A stretch of DNA of 62,884 nt, filler included, from an uncultured bacterium (GTDB taxonomy: Bacteria; CAZSTA01), in NCBI GenBank assembly GCA_964609495.1. It is 13 parts of 13 records of this genome, joined end to end, with 100 filler letters (N's around TTAATTAATTAA, not from the genome) between each part and the next. Parts side by side here need not be neighbours in the genome. Positions count along the whole stretch, not along the records: positions 44,563 to 49,141 come from CAZSTA010000247.1; positions 49,242 to 53,795 come from CAZSTA010000248.1; positions 53,896 to 58,346 come from CAZSTA010000249.1; 10 more parts are not named here. One strand, 5' to 3'. Shown here piece after piece: positions 47,854-55,926 of this stretch; position 1 is the first letter of the stretch; each line of letters opens with the position of its first letter. The translations under genes were made by a program, and so were the position numbers. The notes beneath the pieces are model-generated. The model was not told the DNA's origin, searched no databases, and was given only the letters and a program-made list of their open reading frames with translations.

Positions 47854-48227
47854 GTTTCGATTGGTCTGAGTATCTCAAACTAGCGAGAGAGCTCGCAGGG
47901 CAAACTACTACTCCTTCGAATCAGGATGCTAAATTACGTTCTGCAATCAGCCGTGCTTATTATGCAGCTTTCTGCAAGGCACAAAATCATCTCCGTTATA
48001 AAGAAGGACATAAAATCCCTAAGAGTGGTAAAGCCCATACCTATGTTTGTGATGAATTCAAGAATAGCTTTGATAAGTCCCGAAAGGGGATTGGGAATAG
48101 ACTAGACCAATTACGGAAACATCGGAAGAAGGCTGACTATGAAGATGTATTTACGGGGCTATCCTCTACAGCCAGTCTAGCTTTGAAGCTTGCTGGTCGA
48201 GTAATCTCTGCGCTGAATAACCTTTGA
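47850..48227 (+). CDS. HEPN domain protein
   Basis: FDW.EYL.LA, RSAISRAYYAAF, conserved His (KAH) and LRKHRKKADY motifs. Confidence 0.85.
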   Translation: MSFDWSEYLKLARELAGQTTTPSNQDAKLRSAISRAYYAAFCKAQNHLRYKEGHKIPKSGKAHTYVCDEFKNSFDKSRKGIGNRLDQLRKHRKKADYEDVFTGLSSTASLALKLAGRVISALNNL

Positions 48228-48269
48228 ATCTATATCTGATCGCTTAGATATAGATTAGTCAATAGTGAG

Positions 48270-48303
48270 ACCAGCCACAATAAGATAGTGGCTGGTATTT
48301 TAT
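48270..48303 (+). terminator. rho-independent terminator closing the HEPN operon
   Basis: ACCAGCCAC-loop-GTGGCTGGT followed by ATTTT. Confidence 0.7.
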
Positions 48304-48411
48304 CTTTTGTGAGTTATAATAGTATATTCTCCCTATAGCCCGGCACTCTTTGCTCGCGCCCTTCATTTAGTTGAAACTTTTAACTCCCCAAATCTTATAT
48401 ATAGCTAAGAC

Positions 48412-48515
48412 AACCTTAAAGATTCTCAATTGTAGGAAAGATATGCCTTGATTGCTTCGGACGTATACCTTCAAGGAGGTGTACACAATGAAACACTATA
48501 AGTTAGTTTTGTTAG
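48412..48515 (+). repeat. direct repeat (leader + SD + signal-peptide start); second copy at 49021-49141
   Basis: CTTAAAGA.TCTCAATTGTAG.AAAGATATGCCTTGAT...AAGGAGGTGTACA.AATGAAACACTATAAGTTAG in both copies. Confidence 0.85.
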
Positions 48516-49000
48516 CCGTATGTATCCTAGGTCTTTTGATGTTCGGAGGCATTTGCGAGCCCGGACCAGGAGGAGGTTATGGGCCAGATCTAGTGGTAAC
48601 TACCTTTGTGACCATAGGCCCTCCCACTTTGAACTTCGATGAGAAAGCGGAAGTACCCATTCGCGTCATAGTCAAGAATCAGGGCACTGTCGAAGCTGGT
48701 ATCTTCAGGGTAGGCATAGAGAAAGTGAATACTGATCCTTATGAGGACGTAGTTCAATTCAGTGTTCCAGGGGAATACAATAGCTTTTTTCCCATTACAA
48801 AAGCTCCACTGGCTTTAGGAGCAACTGTCACCTTCGAAGGAAAAGCAATCTTCGCCCATGGTGAACATAATATTACCCTTTCCCTGAAAGCTGTCGCTGA
48901 CAGTTGCGAGGGTTTGTCGAATCCGACCATAGGATGCATGGTAAAGGAAGCCAACGAGGACAACAACGAATCTACTCAAATATCAGTATCAATACCCTGA
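48488..49000 (+). CDS. secreted/lipoprotein with CARDB (Ig-like) domain
   Basis: MKHYKL...MFGGIC signal; PDLVV, VKNQG, VAD, E.NEDNN pattern; AAGGAGGTG SD. Confidence 0.8.
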   Translation: MKHYKLVLLAVCILGLLMFGGICEPGPGGGYGPDLVVTTFVTIGPPTLNFDEKAEVPIRVIVKNQGTVEAGIFRVGIEKVNTDPYEDVVQFSVPGEYNSFFPITKAPLALGATVTFEGKAIFAHGEHNITLSLKAVADSCEGLSNPTIGCMVKEANEDNNESTQISVSIP

Positions 49001-49109
49001 TTGTTGGGATCTTCTTACTCAATCTTAAAGAGTCTCAATTGTAGAAAAGATATGCCTTGATCGTTTTGGAAGCGTTAGGCATATACCTTTATTTAAGGAG
49101 GTGTACATA

Positions 49110-49141
49110 ATGAAACACTATAAGTTAGCTTTGCTATTAGT
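49110..49141 (+). CDS. start of a paralogous secreted protein (MKHYKLALLL...), cut by the contig end
   Basis: Same SD and first six codons as the gene at 48488. Confidence 0.6.
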
Positions 49142-49243
49142 NNNNNNNNNNNNNNNNNNNNNNNNNNNNNNNNNNNNNNNNNNNNTTAATTAATTAANNN
49201 NNNNNNNNNNNNNNNNNNNNNNNNNNNNNNNNNNNNNNNNNGA

Positions 49244-50332
49244 GCAAAACCCAATCAACCCCCCACAAAGCCAACGATAACTGCTTCTGCTACCACAGTG
49301 AAGTCAGGAGGAATAGTCAATCTCACTGCTTCGGCAACGGATCCCGATGGTGATACTCTGACTTACACTTGGAGTGCAGATGGGGGAAGTTTCAGTTCTA
49401 CGACTGGGGATATTACGACTTGGACCGCACCCTCGGTGCTAGGGGATAAGAGTTATACGATAAGTGTAGAGGTAAGTGATGGAAAGGGAGGGAAGAATAA
49501 CAATAGTGTAGCTATCTCAGTTATGTCCTCCCAAATCGCTTTCGACTCCCAGCGGGATGGAAACTGGGAGATTTATATAATGGATGCTATTGGAGCTAAC
49601 CAGACTAGATTAACTAATAATCCTGCTGAGGATGAGAATTCAGCTATTTCTCCTGATGGGAGTAAGATCGTTTTTGTATCCAAGCGGGATGGAAATAGGG
49701 AGGTCTATGTGATGAATGCGGATGGGACTTCGGTGACTAATCTTACTAACAATCCTGCTTATGATGGATTCCCTGATTGGTCACCGGATGGCACCAAGAT
49801 CGCTTTTGTGTCTGATCGGGATGGGAACTTCGAGATCTATGTAATGAACTCAGATGGCTCTAACCAAACTAGGCTCACTAATAATACTACTGTTGATAGT
49901 TTTCCAGCTTTCTCTCCCGATGGCACCAAGATCGCTTTCGAGTCCAATTGTCCAAGGGAATTCGATATTTACATTATGAATAGCGATGGTTCTCTTCCCA
50001 CTAATCTGACGAATACTCCTACGAAGCTCGACGAAACTCCTGCTTGGTCCCCAGATGGGAGTAAGATCGCTTTTACATCCAATCGGGGGGGGGATTTTGA
50101 GATCTATTACCTGGATGTTTCCAATCCAACTCTTCAAGTTAATCTAACCAATAGCCCTGGTTCACGGGAGTGGGGTGCCACTTGGTCGCCTGATGGGAGC
50201 AGAATTGCCTTTGCATCTAATCGGGATGGGAATTATGAGATCTACTCGATGAAATCCTCGGATGGGAGCGATCAGACTAGATTGACTAATAATAGTGCGG
50301 ATGATAAACTTCCCGATTGGTCCCCTAAGTAG
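49244..50332 (+). CDS. Ig-like (PKD-type) domain + TolB-like beta-propeller, 5'-truncated
   Basis: NQPP...ATDPDGDTLTYTW...VSDGKGG, followed by repeated RLTNN....P.WSPDG.KIAF.S.RDG blades. Confidence 0.88.
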   Translation, partial: AKPNQPPTKPTITASATTVKSGGIVNLTASATDPDGDTLTYTWSADGGSFSSTTGDITTWTAPSVLGDKSYTISVEVSDGKGGKNNNSVAISVMSSQIAFDSQRDGNWEIYIMDAIGANQTRLTNNPAEDENSAISPDGSKIVFVSKRDGNREVYVMNADGTSVTNLTNNPAYDGFPDWSPDGTKIAFVSDRDGNFEIYVMNSDGSNQTRLTNNTTVDSFPAFSPDGTKIAFESNCPREFDIYIMNSDGSLPTNLTNTPTKLDETPAWSPDGSKIAFTSNRGGDFEIYYLDVSNPTLQVNLTNSPGSREWGATWSPDGSRIAFASNRDGNYEIYSMKSSDGSDQTRLTNNSADDKLPDWSPK

Positions 50333-50414
50333 TGTTTATATAGCCCGCGTCTTGTAGCTCTGGCTATTTTTCTCCAACTTATCTATATTCTGCAAGTGAA
50401 AGGAGGTGTAAAGA

Positions 50415-51323
50415 ATGAGGAGATTAGCTATATCATTAATGATCTTAGGGATAATCCTCTTGGTAGTGGCGATAGGATGTGATAATGGTATCTTTGGGAG
50501 GTGGCACTTTAAGATCGCTTTCCAATCCGATCGGGATGGGAATTACGAGATCTACCTAATGGATTCCACGGGAGCTGACCAAACTAGATTGACTAATAAT
50601 CCTGATTGGGATTGGGATCCAGCTATTTCTCCTGATGGGAGGAAGATCGCTTTTATGTCCGATCGGGATGGGAATAGTGAGATCTATGTGATGAATATTG
50701 ATGGGACTTCCGTGACTAGGCTTACCAATAATCCCGCGTATGATGGAGAGCCTGATTGGTCCCCAGATGGTGCCAAGATCGTTTTTACGTCCAGGCGGGA
50801 TGGGAACTATGAGATTTATTCGATGAACTCGGATGGCTCTAACCAAACTAGGCTTACTAATAATCCTGCTCGGGATTGGTTTCCAGCTTTCTCTCCCGAT
50901 GGCACCAAGATCGCTTTTCAATCCGATCGTTCCCAGAGATTCGATGTTTACATTATGGATAGCGATGGCTCTCTTCCCACCAATCTGACGAATAGTCCCC
51001 TCGTCGATGAACTTCCTGCCTGGTCTCCAGATGGAAGTAAGATCGCTTTCGACTCCGAACGGGATGGGAATTATGAGGTCTATTACCTAGATGTCTCCAA
51101 TCCAACTCTTCAAGTTAATCTGACCAATCAATCTGGTTCAGATGAGTGGGCTTCCACTTGGTCACCTGATGGGAGCAGAATTGCCTTTGTGTCTGATCGG
51201 GATGGAAATAGGGAGATCTATTCGATGAATGCCGATGGAAGCGATCAGACTAGATTGACTAATAATGGTGCGAATGATGAACTACCCGATTGGGGGAAGG
51301 GGTGGATTATTATCATTGACTAA
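50415..51323 (+). CDS. TolB-like beta-propeller lipoprotein
   Basis: Lipobox AIGC; PD40-type blades closely similar to the upstream gene. Confidence 0.88.
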   Translation: MRRLAISLMILGIILLVVAIGCDNGIFGRWHFKIAFQSDRDGNYEIYLMDSTGADQTRLTNNPDWDWDPAISPDGRKIAFMSDRDGNSEIYVMNIDGTSVTRLTNNPAYDGEPDWSPDGAKIVFTSRRDGNYEIYSMNSDGSNQTRLTNNPARDWFPAFSPDGTKIAFQSDRSQRFDVYIMDSDGSLPTNLTNSPLVDELPAWSPDGSKIAFDSERDGNYEVYYLDVSNPTLQVNLTNQSGSDEWASTWSPDGSRIAFVSDRDGNREIYSMNADGSDQTRLTNNGANDELPDWGKGWIIIID

Positions 51324-51384
51324 TAATCCAACTATCGATTGGCAGTCGGCTATTCCCTAACTTAATTATATCACGAGTAAAAGA

Positions 51385-52488
51385 TCAGAAATACATCGTG
51401 GTCTCCAGGGTAGTCGCGAAATCTATCGGTAACGAGCCAAATTCGCTGGTATCACTCCCGCTGAAGATACTTATCCTTAACAGGAAGGTGGTATCGACCA
51501 TAGGAGTATAGGTTATCCCTGGCAAGGAAATGTAGCTACCATCATTCAAATTATATAAGATCGTTCCATTAAAGACTATGTCATCATTGATACTTCGAGA
51601 TGTTCCTAAATAGATATAATCTCTCATTATCTGACCAGGGGATAGTGATAAAGTGGGATCCTCACTCACTGCCTTTAGGTAGTCCTTCATACTGGCGTAG
51701 CCAGCTTCATTGTGATAATATTCGAATATAATCTGGAATATCGGGTCATAAGAGAACAGATGATCTGCCCCTAATACGTAGCTCAAGGTTGAGTTTTCTT
51801 TATCCGAAAGAAGAGCTGCTTCGGCGTGTATCCCGATGTCTTCAAATACCACTCCCGCCATATCCGCGCCCCATATAGTCCTTTCGCCTGCGAAGAAAAC
51901 GCTTCCTGAGAGATCGAAGCCGGAGACAAAGGAAGCGATTTTGAAAGCGTGACGAGTCTTATCCCATTTATCCTGGGGGAGAGTCACCGCTTTGAATGTT
52001 GCCTCTCCCATCGGTAAGGTTATCTCAATAGCATTTACTCCTTTATCATCCTCCTTTGGAAGTGCCGGATTCTTAGCGGGATTAATATTATCGGTAGGAT
52101 TCCAAGCGTATCCAGTTCCCCAAGCTAAACGTTGTTTCCCTAAGCGAAGGTAAGTCGTTCCGCTAGGGAATAGTTCGTCAAAGGCGGTATCCAGATAAGC
52201 TCGCTCTAGATCGAAGTTATCCTCCCCCTTGATCATATCATAGTCATAGGAGGTTCGCACATAAGCTTTAGCATTCATATCTAGATCGGCTTGAAGTTTG
52301 AGTTGGAGGGAAACTAAATTTATCACTTCGTCTATTGCGAGTTCTGGATTCAAGGGCGAGTTCTCATTTAGATCCTGGGAGGAGAGAGTATTCCTCAAAT
52401 ATCCTCCGATCTCAAGATCGGCAGATTGAACATAACTGCTTCCAAACATTATTAGCAAAGCAGACATAAGAATCACTTTTCTTATCAT
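51385..52488 (-). CDS. secreted protein, putative outer-membrane beta-barrel
   Basis: Signal peptide; LERAYLD...LRLGKQRLAWGTGYAWNPTD; amphipathic strands; terminal Phe. Confidence 0.65.
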   Translation of the reverse strand: MIRKVILMSALLIMFGSSYVQSADLEIGGYLRNTLSSQDLNENSPLNPELAIDEVINLVSLQLKLQADLDMNAKAYVRTSYDYDMIKGEDNFDLERAYLDTAFDELFPSGTTYLRLGKQRLAWGTGYAWNPTDNINPAKNPALPKEDDKGVNAIEITLPMGEATFKAVTLPQDKWDKTRHAFKIASFVSGFDLSGSVFFAGERTIWGADMAGVVFEDIGIHAEAALLSDKENSTLSYVLGADHLFSYDPIFQIIFEYYHNEAGYASMKDYLKAVSEDPTLSLSPGQIMRDYIYLGTSRSINDDIVFNGTILYNLNDGSYISLPGITYTPMVDTTFLLRISIFSGSDTSEFGSLPIDFATTLETTMYF

Positions 52489-52523
52489 TTCATCATCTCT
52501 CCTTTATAGACTGAGGTGATTAA

Positions 52524-53150
52524 ATGCTCTACACCTTAAGCGATCTGATTCCTGAAGATGAGGTCAGTGGAACAGGCCTCATAATCAGAGATGGAGATAA
52601 ATATCTCTTTATGCTTCCCGGTCATAATTATGGCTATCGGACCAGCGATTTCATATATTTCGCTGGGATAGGAGGCAAGAGGAAGAAGGGAGAAAGCTTC
52701 ATCGATTGCGTTAAGAGAGAGGTTAGGGAGGAGGTTGAGCTAGAGGTTGAACTTATCTCCAGTGATAATACCTACTATCTAGATCGCGAAGGTAAGATCG
52801 GGATGATATCCTTAGATGAGGATATAAAACCTCTTCTTATCTTTGAGAAATTCAATCCTGCGGATGCGGATTGGAATAGATCAGGCAGAGATTGGATATA
52901 TTACGTGGTGATATATATATCCAAGCTTATAGGATCTCCTAAGCCTCATGCTGAACTTGGCGGACTGATTCGCCTAACTCGCTCGCAGATAATACGCAGT
53001 GCTTATCAGAAGGTGACCTTAGGAGAATTGCTATCCGAGGGAGCTGAGCTTATAGAGAAGATTTCTATTCCCAAAGATATTTTGATCTATCCAGTGGGGA
53101 CCCCCGAAGCCCTTGTTAAACTCTGGGATGCTTATCCCGAAGCTCTATGA
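52524..53150 (+). CDS. NUDIX-family hydrolase
   Basis: Nudix box GGKRKKGESFIDCVKREVREEVEL. Confidence 0.85.
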   Translation: MLYTLSDLIPEDEVSGTGLIIRDGDKYLFMLPGHNYGYRTSDFIYFAGIGGKRKKGESFIDCVKREVREEVELEVELISSDNTYYLDREGKIGMISLDEDIKPLLIFEKFNPADADWNRSGRDWIYYVVIYISKLIGSPKPHAELGGLIRLTRSQIIRSAYQKVTLGELLSEGAELIEKISIPKDILIYPVGTPEALVKLWDAYPEAL

Positions 53151-53206
53151 TGGTCTCGACTAAGAGTAGGCTTACCGATCGAATTTCGATAGCCCATTCT
53201 CATAAT

Positions 53207-53795
53207 CTACTCTGAAGCACTTTTGCCACTATCGTTGTTGTTTCCTCTCCGCTCCTCCTTGATGATCCTTCCATCGTGGATATGTAGTATCCTCCTCGCA
53301 TGCTCCATAATCGTTGGATCATGAGTGGAGAAGAAGAAAGTAACGCCCTCCTCTCGATTGAGCTTCAGCATAAGCTCGATAACCGCATCTCCTGTCTCGG
53401 AATCTAAGTTAGCGGTAGGCTCATCAGCCAAAACGATCATCGGCTGACCTACTAAGGCTCTTGCTATCGAAACCCTCTGTTGTTGCCCCCCAGATAGCTC
53501 ATTGGGGCGATGATTAGCATATTCGGCTAGACCGACTTCCTCTAAAGCAGTAGTAACTCTTTCCTTCCTCTCTGCGGCTCCTACTTTTTGAAGGAGAAGA
53601 GGAAATTCCACGTTTTCGTAAGCGGTAAGCACTGGGATCAAGTTAAAGGATTGGAAGATGAAGCCGATCTCCTGCCTTCTGAGATCTGCTAATTCATTTG
53701 CTCCCATATTGACTACATCCCTATCTCCTACGAATATCTCACCGTTGGTAGGTTTATCCAAACATCCTATCAGGTTAAGCAGGGTGGTCTTTCCT
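53207..53795 (-). CDS. ABC transporter ATP-binding protein (LolD/MacB-like), 5'-truncated
   Basis: GKTTLL, IGFIFQSFNLI, LSGGQQQRV, LADEPTANLD and STHD motifs. Confidence 0.93.
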
Positions 53796-53962
53796 NNNNN
53801 NNNNNNNNNNNNNNNNNNNNNNNNNNNNNNNNNNNNNNNTTAATTAATTAANNNNNNNNNNNNNNNNNNNNNNNNNNNNNNNNNNNNNNNNNNNNTTTTT
53901 CATTTTCGACCAATTTTTTTGGCAGGATAGGGAAAAATGCTTTGAGAAAAAATAATTACCCC

Positions 53963-53991
53963 TTGACTTTTCATTTGATATGATGTATAAT
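53963..53991 (+). promoter_or_regulatory. sigma70 promoter
   Basis: TTGACT-N17-TATAAT. Confidence 0.75.
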
Positions 53992-54084
53992 TATCACCAC
54001 GCTAGTCATTTATGGTCAGGTATGTTCAAAAAATGCCACTGTTGTTGGTTATTGAGCAAAGTATTATAAAAGGGGGGGAATTTA

Positions 54085-55665
54085 GTGAGTTTTAGTAGGC
54101 AAAACGCAAGCACAGCCACTATGACCAGAAACAGAACGCCAGATGGGGTATCTCCTTTTAGCGGTATGTGTGTAACTTGTATAGAAGGATGCCCTGGCTA
54201 CTGCGAGGTTGGTCGTTCCTCATTTAGAGGAGCAGAAGTTATCTATCCTCAGCCCTTTGGCCCCATCACCGCAGCTTCCCAGAAAAATTATCCCATCGAC
54301 TTCTCTCATTTCAACATAATGGGAGGGGTCATTGGCGCGCAGGGGATAGAGGCAGATAGCGATGTTGCTATCTTCACTAATGTAAATTTGGAGACTAGAT
54401 TGGGTAGAGATAAGGGCATTAAAATAAGACTGCCCTTGACTATCCCCGGACTCGGCTCCACTGATGTCGCTAAGAGGAATTGGGATGGGTTAGCTGTAGG
54501 AGCAGCGATATCCGGAGTTCCTCTGAGTATTGGAGAGAATGTTTCGGGGATGGATGTAAATTCGAAATTCTCCGAGGGGAGGGTTACTCATTGCCCAGAT
54601 CTGAAATACCGGGTAGATCTTTATAGAGCTTGGCAAGAGGACGGATATGGAGCTATTATTCTCCAAGCGAATGTGGAGGATGATAGGCTGGGAGTGTTAG
54701 AATATGGTATCGAGAAGCTCGGGGTGGATGTAGTTGAGCTGAAATGGGGACAGGGAGCTAAGGATATCGGGGGCGAGGTCAAGATCAACGATCTTGCTAA
54801 GGCTCAGCTATTGAAGTCAAGAGGATATATAGTCCTACCCGACCCGACCTCTCCCGATGTAATCGAAGCCTTTGAAAGAGGCACTTTTAAGGAGTTCGAG
54901 AGGCATTCTCGAATCGGAATGGTCTCCGAAGAGGGCTTTCTTAAGAGAGTGGAGCAACTGAGAAACTCAGGGGCTAGGTATATCTTCCTCAAGACCGGGG
55001 CCTATCGACCAGTCGATCTGGCTAGGGCGATAAAGTACTCCTCTATGGCTAAGATCGATGTGCTGACGATAGATGGGGCTGGAGGAGGAACTGGAATGAG
55101 CCCCTGGCGAATGATGAACGAATGGGGTATCCCTACCGTGGAGATCGAATGTCTAGCCTACCAGTATGCTAAGCGTCTGGATGAAGCTGGCGAATATGTC
55201 CCTGATATAGTTATCGCCGGTGGACTCACCTTAGAGGACCATATCTTCAAAGGGTTAGCCTTGGGTGCTCCTTATGTAAAGGCGGTAGGTATGGCTCGTG
55301 CGCCGATCTGTGCCGCGATGGTCTCTAAAACGATGGGTAGATTCATCGAGGATGAGAATATCCCTACCTCTGTCCAGAAGTATGGTAGCTCCATCGATGA
55401 GATCTTTACCTTGTCCATTCATCTGAGAAGGGAATATAGGGAAAGATATAATGAACTTCCCTTATCCGGTATAGGAGTCTACACCTATTATCAGAGGGTT
55501 GCTCAAGGTCTAAGACAGCTTATGTGTGGAGCGCGCAAGTTCGCCGTGGAGTATATCTCTCGCGATGATATTGCGGCTTTAACTAAAAGGGCTGCCGAGA
55601 TATCAGGGATCCCTTACATTATGGATGTTGACAAGGAGGAAGTTGACAAAATTCTAGGTTGCTAA
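54085..55665 (+). CDS. FMN-binding glutamate synthase family protein (stand-alone GltB domain 2)
   Basis: N-terminal C..C..GC...C, IGENV, ELKWGQGAKDIGGE, DGAGGGTGMSP and GIPT motifs. Confidence 0.88.
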   Translation: MSFSRQNASTATMTRNRTPDGVSPFSGMCVTCIEGCPGYCEVGRSSFRGAEVIYPQPFGPITAASQKNYPIDFSHFNIMGGVIGAQGIEADSDVAIFTNVNLETRLGRDKGIKIRLPLTIPGLGSTDVAKRNWDGLAVGAAISGVPLSIGENVSGMDVNSKFSEGRVTHCPDLKYRVDLYRAWQEDGYGAIILQANVEDDRLGVLEYGIEKLGVDVVELKWGQGAKDIGGEVKINDLAKAQLLKSRGYIVLPDPTSPDVIEAFERGTFKEFERHSRIGMVSEEGFLKRVEQLRNSGARYIFLKTGAYRPVDLARAIKYSSMAKIDVLTIDGAGGGTGMSPWRMMNEWGIPTVEIECLAYQYAKRLDEAGEYVPDIVIAGGLTLEDHIFKGLALGAPYVKAVGMARAPICAAMVSKTMGRFIEDENIPTSVQKYGSSIDEIFTLSIHLRREYRERYNELPLSGIGVYTYYQRVAQGLRQLMCGARKFAVEYISRDDIAALTKRAAEISGIPYIMDVDKEEVDKILGC

Positions 55666-55926
55666 GGGGTTTGCCCTGCTCAATAAATAGGAGACAATTT
55701 TGCCTCCTATTTATATCCTAAAAGCTCTTCTATGGATTTAGGGAATAAAAGAAAGATCCCTTCCGAGATTAGAAGGGATCTCTTCTCTATAAATTCACTT
55801 ATTTCCGCTGGAGAAAACGATTACCGCTATCGAGGATAAAGCAGCGAGCAGTAAGAAACTCAATATAAGAGTTTTCACAGTTATCAGCTCCCGATATGTT
55901 GTTGCTATATTACTATACGGAGGATA

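Noticed and set aside
49110-49300. Joining the MKHYKL start to the Ig/propeller ORF across the gap
   Set aside because: Contigs are ordered by length, so adjacency across the linker carries no information.
49530-51295. Propeller paralogs as a DGR template/variable repeat pair
   Set aside because: Both copies are intact genes, the differences are not visibly adenine-restricted, and no reverse transcriptase is present.
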